Below are positions 26,744 through 35,484 of a stretch of 64,000 bases of DNA, one piece after another. The notes under the pieces were generated by a model, which had not been told where the DNA came from, did no database searches, and saw nothing but the letters and a program-made list of their open reading frames with translations. This DNA comes from a virus, in IMG/VR virus record IMGVR_UViG_3300046674_000395, positions 1 to 64,000 of that record. One strand, given 5' to 3'. How positions within the stretch are numbered: the first letter of the stretch is position 1; every line of letters starts with the position of its first letter. Both the position numbers and the translations under genes were made by a program.

Positions 26744-27060
26744 CAGCCGACCGCCTTCCCAAGCGTCGGGAAAGGGCGCCGGGAGTAGTTGGCGCCCGCC
26801 CAGGAGATGACCTCTCCGTCGGCGGAGGCGAACACCTCGGGGCCGAGCACCGTGACGTCCCCGTCCTGGTACGGGTACGCGGCGGCTCCCTTGGTGTCGC
26901 CCTCGCGGTGGACGCTGCGCACGTTGGCGACAGGTGCGAGGGCTACGACCTTGCCGTCCTTCACGAACGTGTAGTCGCAGGCGCTGGAGTCGTATTCGAC
27001 CCCTTCGGCGTCGACGGTCTCGGTGTTGCCGTCGAGGTAGTTGATCGTGTAGCGGGCCAT
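26743..27060 (-). CDS. Hypothetical protein
   Basis: Coding frame, coupled to the downstream gene. Confidence 0.55.
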   Translation of the reverse strand: MARYTINYLDGNTETVDAEGVEYDSSACDYTFVKDGKVVALAPVANVRSVHREGDTKGAAAYPYQDGDVTVLGPEVFASADGEVISWAGANYSRRPFPTLGKAVG

Positions 27061-27084
27061 GGCGCGGGCTCCTGCGGGGTGGGG

Positions 27085-27966
27085 TTAGGTGTTGAGTGCT
27101 CGCCTCACGCCTTCTTCCAGCGTGACGGTGGGCACGTAGTGGTCGAGCATCCGGGACGGGTCGCAGACTCGGTGGTGTACGCCGCGGGGTGCGTCGGCCC
27201 GGTGCTTGAGCTGTGGCCGGTAGCCGGCGGCTGTGGTGACGATGCGGGCCAGGTCGTCGAACGAGGTGGCGCGTCCCCAGCCGAGGTTGACGGGGCCGGT
27301 GACGTCCGCGTCGAGGAGGGCGAGGGTGGCGCCGACGAGGTCGTGGATGTGGATCCAGTCGCGTGTGCTGTCGCCGGATCCCCAGATCTCGAACGGGTCG
27401 TCGCGCCGCTTGGCCCGCTGGATGAACGCGGGGAACGGGTAGCAGGGCTCTTGGTCGTCGCCGTAGCCGCTGAACGGGCGGGGGATGAGGATCCGGCAGC
27501 CTTCGGCTTCGGCGTAGGAGGCGAGCTTCTCCCCCGTGAGCTTCGCCCAGCCGTAGCTAGCGTCGGGCTCTTCCATGTACGCGAGGCTGATGTCCTCTTC
27601 GTATAGGCGCCGCACGTCGCCGGGCTGCTGGAGTGCGACCGGGTAGGCCGCTGAGCTGCTGAAGTAGACGGCACGTGGGGTGCCAGTCCTGATCAACCAC
27701 CGCATATACCAGGCGTCGAGGGCCAGGTTCGTGCCGACACCGAGGGGACTGCCGTCGATGCTGGCCCGGCCGCCGACGATGGCCGCGCAATGGATGGCGA
27801 GGTCGTACCGTTCCTCGTCGCGGCGGAAGAAGTCGAGGGCGTCACCTTCGAGGACCTGGGGGCCGGGCTTGAGGTCGATGCCGACCACGAAGTCACCGCG
27901 GTCGAGTAGCGCGCGGTGCAGGTGTCGACCGACGAACCCGGACGCGCCGGTGAGGAGGACGCGCAT
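27085..27966 (-). CDS. NAD-dependent sugar epimerase/dehydratase (extended SDR)
   Basis: VLLTGASGFVGRHL (GxxGxxG) and a YGWAK (YxxxK) catalytic motif. ATGA overlap with the upstream methyltransferase. Confidence 0.8.
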   Translation of the reverse strand: MRVLLTGASGFVGRHLHRALLDRGDFVVGIDLKPGPQVLEGDALDFFRRDEERYDLAIHCAAIVGGRASIDGSPLGVGTNLALDAWYMRWLIRTGTPRAVYFSSSAAYPVALQQPGDVRRLYEEDISLAYMEEPDASYGWAKLTGEKLASYAEAEGCRILIPRPFSGYGDDQEPCYPFPAFIQRAKRRDDPFEIWGSGDSTRDWIHIHDLVGATLALLDADVTGPVNLGWGRATSFDDLARIVTTAAGYRPQLKHRADAPRGVHHRVCDPSRMLDHYVPTVTLEEGVRRALNT

Positions 27967-28565
27967 CAACTGCTCGCCTTCACGGCGCGGTAGACGCCCC
28001 ACGGGAGTCCGCTGTCGACGGGCTCCAGGCCGAGGGTGGCGCAGGCGTCGGCCTGCTGTTCCTTCGACCAGGTGGTGACGCCGATCCAGCTGTCGGCCTC
28101 GCTGGGCTGGTCGGAGACGGGCCAGTCGAGGACGAGGATCCCGCCGAGCTTGGTCGCGGCCCGCAGCTTGGCGATGATGTCGAGGCAGTCCGTGTAGCTG
28201 TGGTGGATCAGGACAGCAAGGCTGTAGACGGCGTCCATGCGGCGGCGCCCGAGGTGTCGGGCGATGCCGTCGGCGTCGGCCAGCACGGTGTCGGCGTCAG
28301 GGAGTCGCTCGGCGAGCCGTTCGAGCATCCTCTGCGAGGAGTCGACAGCGGTGACCTCGTAGCCGTGGACAGCCATGGGGATGGCGACGCGGCCGTCACC
28401 GCAACCGAAGTCCATGACCTTCGTCCCGTCGGGGATGACGGTGGCAAGCATCTCCGCCTGAACCTGGCCAGACTCCCAGTAGGCGTCCTCGGAGACTCGT
28501 CGCAGCGGATGGATCGCAGCCGGGTCGGCCTGATCCCAGGCCTGAATGACAGCTTCGGCGGTCAT
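27966..28565 (-). CDS. Class I SAM-dependent methyltransferase
   Basis: Motif I VMDFGCGDGRVA, then acidic post-I and motif II elements. Confidence 0.75.
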   Translation of the reverse strand: MTAEAVIQAWDQADPAAIHPLRRVSEDAYWESGQVQAEMLATVIPDGTKVMDFGCGDGRVAIPMAVHGYEVTAVDSSQRMLERLAERLPDADTVLADADGIARHLGRRRMDAVYSLAVLIHHSYTDCLDIIAKLRAATKLGGILVLDWPVSDQPSEADSWIGVTTWSKEQQADACATLGLEPVDSGLPWGVYRAVKASS

Positions 28566-29272
28566 GCTGCCTCCTCGACGAGCTTCCGCAGCTTGACCAG
28601 GTCGGCTTCGAGGCCGCCGTTGTCGCGGTAGTCGTAGTAAGCCGCCGAGTCACTGCTCACCTGCTCGGGGCTGTTGCACTCCTCGTAGCCCGCATCGACG
28701 GCCGCCTTCTGCGCGGCCGGGTGCAGGTGTTCGATGACCATGTCGGGCAGGTACGTGATCCGGCCCATGCCGCGGCCCCAGTCCAGCCAGCAGAGATCCA
28801 GACAGAGGTGGACGAGCGCGGGTGGCGCCATGTAGCCGAGCGTCTCGACGATGTCCGCGGTCATCGCAACTGCGGTCGGCATCTGCTCGCCCATGAGCAG
28901 GTCGTTGCCGTAGACGATGCCGGGCCCGCCCGACAGGCACTCGCGGATGCGGGCGTCCCACGGCATCGCCGCGGGACGCGGCCGGTGGTCGTCGCCGAGG
29001 AACGCGAGGTACCGGTATGTCTTGGCAGCCTTCACGGCCTGCTGGTTGAGGGTGCCGCACAGGCGGCGCCGCTTGCCGAACGTGAACCGGATCCGCCCGT
29101 CGCCCTTCAGCTCGGCGGCGTGCTTCTTGTACGCGGCGAGTTCCGGGTCGTCGGTGTCGACCGCGAACAGCAGGTCGGCGGTGGCCTCGGTGTCGTCCCA
29201 CGCCTGCACGATCTCCGGCACGGCTTGGGGCCGGCCGCGGGTTGGGATGATGACGAGCAGGTCGTCGGCCAT
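28562..29272 (-). CDS. GT-A-like glycosyltransferase
   Basis: LLVIIPTRGRP N-terminal strand and a FLGDDH (DxD-like) motif. ATG at 29272. Confidence 0.6.
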   Translation of the reverse strand: MADDLLVIIPTRGRPQAVPEIVQAWDDTEATADLLFAVDTDDPELAAYKKHAAELKGDGRIRFTFGKRRRLCGTLNQQAVKAAKTYRYLAFLGDDHRPRPAAMPWDARIRECLSGGPGIVYGNDLLMGEQMPTAVAMTADIVETLGYMAPPALVHLCLDLCWLDWGRGMGRITYLPDMVIEHLHPAAQKAAVDAGYEECNSPEQVSSDSAAYYDYRDNGGLEADLVKLRKLVEEAA

Positions 29273-29285
29273 GGCGCGGGCCCTT

Positions 29286-31130
29286 CTAGGTGAGTGCAAC
29301 CCAGCGCGAACCGGCGTTCGTGGACTGGGACGCGAGGGTGATCGACGAGGGCAGCGAGGTGTTGCCGGCCGCGGTGTTGATGAAGCGTGCAGTGCCGACG
29401 GTGAGACCCGCGTTCAGGGCTGAAGCGGAAGCTCCGTTGCCCTGGAGAAGCTGCGGCACTGTCCCCGTACTGACCATCAGGATTGCGACGTAGTACGAGC
29501 CCACTGCAAGCGTCTGCGGCGACGTCAGTGCCACCGTCTTCAGGCCCGCTGACGTCCAGTTCGCTGACTGATCAGCGGATACTGCGAGCCGGTTTCCCGA
29601 ACTGTCGTACAGGCCTACGAAGTTCTGGCCGGAGGTCATCGAGGTGGGCGTGTTGAGGATCGACAGGAGGACGTTGGAGACGACGGTGGCCCGGTCCACG
29701 ATCTTGACCTTGCAGAGGTAGATCGTGCCCGAGGTGATGTTGTCGCCTGTCGACCGGCAGGTGGCCGGGTCGTGCGTCCAGGTGATCAGGCCTTGGTCCG
29801 CGGGCATGGCGGTCGGGTTGTTCGCGGTGCTCAGCGGATATTGGAGCAGTCCCGCCGGCATGGCGTTGCCGGTGTTGAACGTCGTGATGTCGCGGAGGAC
29901 GGTGCTGGTCTGCTTCGAGAACGTGACGGTGCCGGATGTGTTGTTCTCGATGCGGATGCGTTCGAAGATGTTCGGGGTGTTGCTGGTGGTGTTGTTGTCC
30001 TCGATGACCTTGCAGGAGCCGCTGGATTCGATGTTGATCCACTTGGCGCTGAAGGTGTTGTTGTAGCTGTTCGTACCGCAGACGAACATCTTGTTCCCGG
30101 ACTGACCGGAGTCGCAGGTCACGTAGTTGCAGTAGAACTCGTTGCTCTCGCCGTTGGCGACCTCGATGCCGGTCTTGAACTGCTCTAGGTTCAGGCCGTA
30201 GAACCGCTGACTGGCTGTACCGGCCGTGCCGCCGAGGTAGATGCCGGTGCAGGCGGCCCCGTTCGCTCCCGCCTCGAACATGATCCAGTCGTTCTGGTTC
30301 ATGTTGCCGTCGATGGAGTCGACGTAGAGGCCGTACCCGTCGGTGCCGACAATCTCGACGAAGATCCGGTTGAACGTGCAGTCGCCTGCGTTCTGGACGG
30401 CGGAGTTGTTGATGAGCTGGATGCCGTTGCGGGTGCCCTCGATCTCGATGTTCTCGAAGACCGAGCGCCACGGCATGTCCAGCCACATGCCGTAGGTGTT
30501 GCTGGTGCCGACGAACCCGCCGTTGATCCGCAGGTTCTTGAACGAGCTGTGCCAGAAAGACAGCGTGTCCCCGGAGGTGACACCCGCCGAGACGATGCCG
30601 CGGCCCGACCCGGAGATGAAAATGCACAGGTCGGAGATGTGTACCTGCGCCCAGTTCGAGATCGTGATCCCGTAGACGCCGGACGCTGCGGTGATCTCCG
30701 TGACCTGCTGACCGCACCCCCGCAGCGTGACCGTCTTCGGGTCGTTCTCGTCGACGGTGCCGTTGATCGTGATCGTGGCAGAGATGTTGAAGGACCCCTG
30801 CGACAGCTGGACGATGCCGCCGCCCTCGGCCTGTGCGTCGTCGATGGCCTGCTGGATCTGCACCTGGTCGGCGACGCCGTCACACACGTAGTCGGCGGCG
30901 TCCCGGATCCTGCTGGGCGCGCCCGCCGCAGCGACGGTGCGATAGGTGAGCGCCCTGCCGCCCCCTCCGGCCGGTTCGGCCCCAACGTCCTCGTAGGTGA
31001 TCTCGACGCTGCCGGTCTTGCCGTTGACGGAGAAGACGCTGCCGCCACCGACATCCAGAATGCGGGACGGCTGCCCGCCAGTGACGCTGATGCTGTTCGG
31101 CTGGGGTCCGCCGGTGACCTGGATTTTCAC
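29286..31130 (-). CDS. Tailspike / depolymerase-like protein with a right-handed parallel beta-helix (pectate-lyase-3-like)
   Basis: DYVCDGVADQVQIQQAIDDAQAEGGGIVQLSQGSF entry motif followed by many short Asn/Gly/Ile-rich coils. GTGA overlap start at 31130. Confidence 0.7.
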   Translation of the reverse strand: MKIQVTGGPQPNSISVTGGQPSRILDVGGGSVFSVNGKTGSVEITYEDVGAEPAGGGGRALTYRTVAAAGAPSRIRDAADYVCDGVADQVQIQQAIDDAQAEGGGIVQLSQGSFNISATITINGTVDENDPKTVTLRGCGQQVTEITAASGVYGITISNWAQVHISDLCIFISGSGRGIVSAGVTSGDTLSFWHSSFKNLRINGGFVGTSNTYGMWLDMPWRSVFENIEIEGTRNGIQLINNSAVQNAGDCTFNRIFVEIVGTDGYGLYVDSIDGNMNQNDWIMFEAGANGAACTGIYLGGTAGTASQRFYGLNLEQFKTGIEVANGESNEFYCNYVTCDSGQSGNKMFVCGTNSYNNTFSAKWINIESSGSCKVIEDNNTTSNTPNIFERIRIENNTSGTVTFSKQTSTVLRDITTFNTGNAMPAGLLQYPLSTANNPTAMPADQGLITWTHDPATCRSTGDNITSGTIYLCKVKIVDRATVVSNVLLSILNTPTSMTSGQNFVGLYDSSGNRLAVSADQSANWTSAGLKTVALTSPQTLAVGSYYVAILMVSTGTVPQLLQGNGASASALNAGLTVGTARFINTAAGNTSLPSSITLASQSTNAGSRWVALT

Positions 31131-32242
31131 CGGGTCACCTCCCGGGAGAGGATCATCCGCCCGGCCAGGATGCGCACGACCGTGGAGCCGAGGACCATCT
31201 CGAGGTCCCACACACCGTTGCGAGTGAGGGCCTGCGTCTGCGTGGCGGGGATCGCGAGCCTGACCTCGGCCCCGGCCACCATTAGGTACGGGGTGAGGTC
31301 GAGAAGGAGGTCGCCGTGGTCGGCGGGCGCGGACCGAATCTGTGCTCTGGCCGCCCACCCGTCCCAGCTGAATCCGGCATCGGTGACGGTGTACGTCTGT
31401 AGGAACGTGGACCCTTGCTCGATCCGCAGGTCCCAGTCTCCGGCGGCCATGTCTGCCACCTCCGGGATGGATCCGCTGTCTGCGTCGGCGGTCAGATCGG
31501 TCTCGGCGCCGAGGGTGGCCGTCGCGTGCATGGACTGCCATGCGGTGGCGGTCAGGGTGCTGTCGGCGGTCAGGTCGGCGGTGACGCGAGCACCGAGGCG
31601 GGCTGCCGCAGTGAGGGTGCTGTCCGAGGTGAGGGTGGCGGAGGCCGTGAAAACGGCTCCGTCGGCGAGGGTATTGAACAGGTCGAAGGCGGCTTCGTCG
31701 CTGGTGCCGGCGTCACGGTGCGCGGACAGGTCGAGGGCGCAGGTGTCGACGGAGGCGGTCACCCAGGCGGGGGTGGCGAGGGTGCGCCGGTTCGTCCACG
31801 TCGACCCGTCCGACGACGTGTCCCAGTAGACGTTGGTGCCGTCCTCGCGCAGCCGCAGGAACTTGTGGGTTGTCGAGTTGTAGGTGACGGTGGTGGCGCC
31901 CGCGTCGAAGTAGGCGACTTCTGACGAGAACTTCAGGAGCCCGGTGACCTTGTTGATCACGAACCCGATGCGGGTGCCGCTGGTCGCGATGTCGGGTGCG
32001 TTGACGAACACGCTCGCGTAGGCCTCGGTCGCGGTCGACGCGGCAGGCGTGGTCGTGACGGCGACGTAGAAGCTGGCGCCCGCGAGGGTCCAGCTGTAGG
32101 CGGTCTGATAGCCGGCGAACCCGGTGGTGCACGGGACATGGGCTTTGCCGCTCGACTCAGTGACGCTGCCGTAGCTGTTGCCCCAGTTCGCCCCGATGAT
32201 CGAGTCGTTGAAGTTGTCGACGAGGGTCGAGAGGCTCGGCAC
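31127..32242 (-). CDS. Fibre protein: ConA/LamG-like N-domain, Thr/Ala repeat stalk, C-terminal beta domain
   Basis: N-terminus LVDNFNDSIIGANWGNSYG. TLTADSTLTA-type repeats. C-terminal DWDLRIEQGSTF...VWDLEMV domain. Confidence 0.65.
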   Translation of the reverse strand: MPSLSTLVDNFNDSIIGANWGNSYGSVTESSGKAHVPCTTGFAGYQTAYSWTLAGASFYVAVTTTPAASTATEAYASVFVNAPDIATSGTRIGFVINKVTGLLKFSSEVAYFDAGATTVTYNSTTHKFLRLREDGTNVYWDTSSDGSTWTNRRTLATPAWVTASVDTCALDLSAHRDAGTSDEAAFDLFNTLADGAVFTASATLTSDSTLTAAARLGARVTADLTADSTLTATAWQSMHATATLGAETDLTADADSGSIPEVADMAAGDWDLRIEQGSTFLQTYTVTDAGFSWDGWAARAQIRSAPADHGDLLLDLTPYLMVAGAEVRLAIPATQTQALTRNGVWDLEMVLGSTVVRILAGRMILSREVTR

Positions 32243-32252
32243 GACGCCTCCC

Positions 32253-32639
32253 CTATGCGATCGACAGAGCCAGGGATCCAGCCGTCAAGCGGAGCTCATC
32301 CCCCGCGGCGGTAGTGCGGGATGAGGTGAGCGCCCCGTACCAGAGCCGCACCGGGGTGCCTGCGTTGTCCCATACTTCGACGCCGACGACGGTCGCGGCG
32401 GGCATGCCGGTGAACACGACGTCCGCGCTGTTGCTGGTGGCTCCAGAGACCGACGCGGCGACGGTAAGACTCTGGCGGGCGTAGGAACCGCCCGTGACCT
32501 CGGTGCCTGCTGCGGAGTCGCTGCCGTTCGCAGTCACGAGCGCGACCTTGAGCGGGGTGGTCGGCCTGGTCGGCGACCCGACACCGTTGATCCAGTCGAG
32601 CGTGAGGTTCTCGGCTGTATTCGAAAGGTTGTCGGAGAT
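32253..32639 (-). CDS. Small fibre-associated protein (paralog of 34482-34880); start codon unresolved, possibly ATC
   Basis: An AGGAGG RBS sits 8 nt upstream of ATC at 32639. No ATG, GTG or TTG follows the upstream stop until deep in the conserved region. Confidence 0.5.
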   Translation of the reverse strand: MSDNLSNTAENLTLDWINGVGSPTRPTTPLKVALVTANGSDSAAGTEVTGGSYARQSLTVAASVSGATSNSADVVFTGMPAATVVGVEVWDNAGTPVRLWYGALTSSRTTAAGDELRLTAGSLALSIA

Positions 32640-32653
32640 CGGACTCGCCTCCT

Positions 32654-32941
32654 TCAGGTGACGGAGAGGACTCCGGCTTTGCGGACGATGGACTCGGCGC
32701 CGGACGGGTCGATGTTGATCCACACCCGGTAGTCGCCTGGCTCGAGGACGGTGTCGCTGCCGGGGCCGACGAGGAGCCGGGCCACTCCGGCCACCCAGGA
32801 CGCGTCCTGCCACTCACTGTCGGCGGGGTCGGTGCGGTGGGAGACGATCGCGATCCTGACCGGCATGCCAGTCAGGTCTGTCCCGGCTGGGGCGGTGACT
32901 GGGACGTGGAGGAATTCCGTACTGGCGGAGGGGATCACCAC
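32654..32941 (-). CDS. Small Ig-like/beta-sandwich protein
   Basis: 95-aa beta-rich sequence (RIAIVSH...WQDASW...GDYRVWINI) between the fibre genes. Confidence 0.55.
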   Translation of the reverse strand: MVIPSASTEFLHVPVTAPAGTDLTGMPVRIAIVSHRTDPADSEWQDASWVAGVARLLVGPGSDTVLEPGDYRVWINIDPSGAESIVRKAGVLSVT

Positions 32942-34437
32942 GGTTCGGCCACCCCCCAGTCAGCGGTCCGGGCTGCCTGCACGGTCCAGGCCGAGGTGTA
33001 CGGCCGGCCGGTTGTCCACGGGTTGTAGGGGGTGCCGACGGTGAGGTCGACGTCGTCGCGGGTGGTGAGCGTTGTCCCGGCGGCGGCGAGTGTCGCTGTC
33101 GCGGTGAGCGTCGCTCCGCGAGCGGATGCTGTGGACCCTGCTGCTGTGAGCGCTGCTTCAGCGCCGAGGGCTACGCCTGCGGCCGTGGCGCGGTGGCCAG
33201 ACGCCGTAAGGGTGCCTGTGGCTGCGAATGCGGCAGTTCCGACAACGGGCGGTGTGCCTGTCACGCCGTCAGCCGTCAGCGTCGCCAGTGCTGTCAGGGC
33301 AGCAGCGCCGCTTCGGAGGACCTGCCCCTGTGCGGTCAGGGCGACTTCGGCGGCGAGTTGAGTGTCGGCCTGCGCCGCTCGTGTTCCGCTGGCAGCGAGG
33401 GCGGCGGTTGCGTCGAGCGCGGCCTGCCCTGCGGTGTTCACCAGTCCGGTGGCGGCCAGGTCCGTGGTTGCGGCCAGGCTTGCGGCGGCGGCCGTGCTGC
33501 GTTGTCCTGCCGCTGACAGGGCCGCGGTGACCGCGGCGGCGGCAGTGGCGACGACCGTGGTCTGTCCGGACGTGTTCAGGGCCGCGATAGCGGTCAGCGC
33601 CGAGTCGCCGGATGTGCTCACCGTTCCGTTGGCGGCCAGCGTTGCAGAGGTGGCAACACCTGCAGTCCCTGCGGTACTCCGGACGCCGTCAGCTGCCAGG
33701 GTGGCCGTGGATGCCAGCCCTGAGTCTCCGGCTGTGGCTCGTACTCCGCCTGCGGTCAAGGTGGCCGTCGGCGAGAGTGCTGAACCGTCTGCGGTGGAGC
33801 GGAGTCCGGAAGTGGTCAGGGTGGCGGTGGTGGCGAGCGCGGCAGAGCCGGCGGTGGTCCGCAGCCCCGACGCGGACAAGGTGGCGCTACCCGAGAGGGC
33901 CGCGTCGCCCGTAACGCCGGAGGCGACATCCGCCGCGGTGAAGTCGTCGAACCTCAGCGAGTTGGTCGACTCGGCGCGGAGGCCGACGGACGTACCGGTG
34001 GTGACGGCAGTGTCGGTGACGCTGATGCGGAGTGTGCCGTTGACGTAGCCCTTGATCGTCGAGCCGACGACCTCGAGCTTCGCTACATCCCCCGCGACGG
34101 CCGCCGCGGCGTAGCTGCCGATCGAGGTGAACGAGCCGCCGACGACTGAGAAGACGTTCCAGGACGACCCGTCGTTCCTGAACAAGTAGCCGGAGGTGAT
34201 GTTCGAGTTGCCCCTGGCCCAGATGCCGTGGCTGACGGCTGCGGTGGCGGCGATCGTGACCTGGACGCTGTGATCGCTCGACGCCATCGCGCCAGCGGCC
34301 CGGAGGATGATCGTGCCGCCCGCGTTGCCGGAGCTGAGACGGCTGGAGATGATCGACCAGTCGCCGGACACCTCGACCCATCCGGCGCCGAGACTCGTGC
34401 TGTCTGACCTGTTGAAGTCGTCGGTGAAGGTGGTCAT
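32935..34437 (-). CDS. Fibre protein: ConA/LamG-like N-domain plus a long Ala/Thr/Gly/Ser repeat stalk
   Basis: N-terminus FTDDFNRSDSTSLGAGWVEVSGDW, then about 20 degenerate 13-14-aa repeats (ATLTxxGxRxTAGxxxL). Confidence 0.7.
   Translation of the reverse strand: MTTFTDDFNRSDSTSLGAGWVEVSGDWSIISSRLSSGNAGGTIILRAAGAMASSDHSVQVTIAATAAVSHGIWARGNSNITSGYLFRNDGSSWNVFSVVGGSFTSIGSYAAAAVAGDVAKLEVVGSTIKGYVNGTLRISVTDTAVTTGTSVGLRAESTNSLRFDDFTAADVASGVTGDAALSGSATLSASGLRTTAGSAALATTATLTTSGLRSTADGSALSPTATLTAGGVRATAGDSGLASTATLAADGVRSTAGTAGVATSATLAANGTVSTSGDSALTAIAALNTSGQTTVVATAAAAVTAALSAAGQRSTAAAASLAATTDLAATGLVNTAGQAALDATAALAASGTRAAQADTQLAAEVALTAQGQVLRSGAAALTALATLTADGVTGTPPVVGTAAFAATGTLTASGHRATAAGVALGAEAALTAAGSTASARGATLTATATLAAAGTTLTTRDDVDLTVGTPYNPWTTGRPYTSAWTVQAARTADWGVAEPW
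33042..33915 (-). repeat. Coding tandem-repeat array (about 39-42-bp degenerate units) inside the fibre gene
   Basis: Periodic ATLT..G.R.TAG units seen in the translation. Confidence 0.6.
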
Positions 34438-34481
34438 GGGCCCTCCCCGTCAGGGCGTCACGCCGCCTGCGGGTTGGCGAG

Positions 34482-34880
34482 TCATGCGGATTGCGGAGAC
34501 AGACTGGCTCCCAACGACGCCAAAGTGAACTGATCGCCCGACGCCCAGGCCTTGCTCGCCGTCAGCGCCACCGAGAACAAGAACGTGCCGCCGCTGGCCG
34601 CGGTCCAGACTGAGATGTGGGTCAGCGTCTCCGACGTGCCTAGGTTGGTATATGCAGACGGCGCGGAGCTCAACGCCAGCGACGATCCCGACGACGAAGC
34701 CGCGAACGTGAAGCTGTTGCGGGTCGTGGAGCCGACGGACACGTTGGAGGTGCCTGCTGCGCCGGGGTCGCCGGTGTGCAGCTGCACGTAGGTGGCGGCC
34801 ACCGCGCTGTACGCGGAGCCGGCGCTGCGGAGCGTGTTGAGCCAGCCGGAGACGAGGCTAGGGGCGAGTCCTGCGGTCAC
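34482..34880 (-). CDS. Small fibre-associated protein (paralog of 32253-32639)
   Basis: Shared pattern: L..W(L/I)N......V.L.T..(P)G..G...(E)V..G...R..(F/L)T.A.....N...V.F......V....VW.A...G. Confidence 0.55.
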   Translation of the reverse strand: MTAGLAPSLVSGWLNTLRSAGSAYSAVAATYVQLHTGDPGAAGTSNVSVGSTTRNSFTFAASSSGSSLALSSAPSAYTNLGTSETLTHISVWTAASGGTFLFSVALTASKAWASGDQFTLASLGASLSPQSA

Positions 34881-34978
34881 TGCTCGACCTCCTCGGTCTC
34901 AGGCTCGGCGTCGGTGTCGGGTTGGGCGGGAGTGACCTCGCCGGAGGCCTCCAGCCGCAGCACGTACTCGTCGGGCAT
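34877..34978 (-). CDS. Possible 33-aa acidic peptide
   Basis: ATG at 34978 with its stop overlapping the next start. Only the distal third of the track ORF looks protein-like. Confidence 0.25.
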   Translation of the reverse strand: MPDEYVLRLEASGEVTPAQPDTDAEPETEEVEQ

Positions 34979-35083
34979 GGCAGCCTCCAGGGGTGATGTG
35001 GATCCCGCCGCCCGAGGCATGGGGAAACGGGCGGCGGGACTTCGGGGCTTGGATGAGCGGCCAGCCCCGGACTTGGGGTTTGC

Positions 35084-35115
35084 GTCCGCCCGGTCCCCCT
35101 CAGGGCCGGGCGGAC
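35084..35115 (-). terminator. Stem-loop downstream of the HTH gene and upstream of the fibre/late genes
   Basis: Perfect 10-bp stem GTCCGCCCGG / CCGGGCGGAC with a 12-nt loop. No U-tract. Confidence 0.45.
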
Positions 35116-35176
35116 GGTGGGGCCGAGCGCGGGGCGCTACGAGGCCCGGCCTGCGCGACCACCCGCGCAGGGGCAT

Positions 35177-35419
35177 TCAGGCGGCCAGTAGGGCCGTCTC
35201 GATGATGGGCGGGGTGGCGCCGGGCTCGATGAGCGCCAGCGTGTCCTTGTCCCGCTTCGCTTCGGGGATCTCGTCCATGTCGTAGAGGACGCCGTTCTTG
35301 CGCCGCCACCGGTCTTGATGCCGTGTGAGGCGTCCCTCGGCGGCCCAGCGGCGGATCGTTGCTTCGGGGCGTCCGGCAACGTGGGCGGCGAGGTCTACGG
35401 GAATGAGCGGTCCGGGCAT
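35177..35419 (-). CDS. Excisionase/MerR-type helix-turn-helix DNA-binding protein (alternative start at 35437)
   Basis: VDLAAHVAGRPEATIRRWAAEGRL is a clear HTH. Preceded by a 100-nt lower-GC gap. Confidence 0.6.
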   Translation of the reverse strand: MPGPLIPVDLAAHVAGRPEATIRRWAAEGRLTRHQDRWRRKNGVLYDMDEIPEAKRDKDTLALIEPGATPPIIETALLAA

Positions 35420-35484
35420 TCGTTCACCCCCGGACATGCGAATGGGGCCGCCTTGTCGGCAGCCCCTCAAGTCACAACGATCGC

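Noticed and set aside
29286-31541. N-terminal extensions of many track ORFs (also 14300-15190, 15377-16051, 15739-16428, 13640-14290, 19691-21256, 52141-52995, 54300-54962, 55378-56463, 56303-57193, 62635-63330, 47081-47953)
   Set aside because: The extensions are Arg/Pro/Gly-rich shadows of the upstream gene in another frame. In each case an internal ATG or GTG with an RBS or a stop-start overlap coincides with the onset of protein-like sequence.
33042-33915. Diversity-generating retroelement targeting the fibre repeats
   Set aside because: There is no reverse transcriptase and no template-repeat/variable-repeat pair with adenine-specific differences anywhere in the window.
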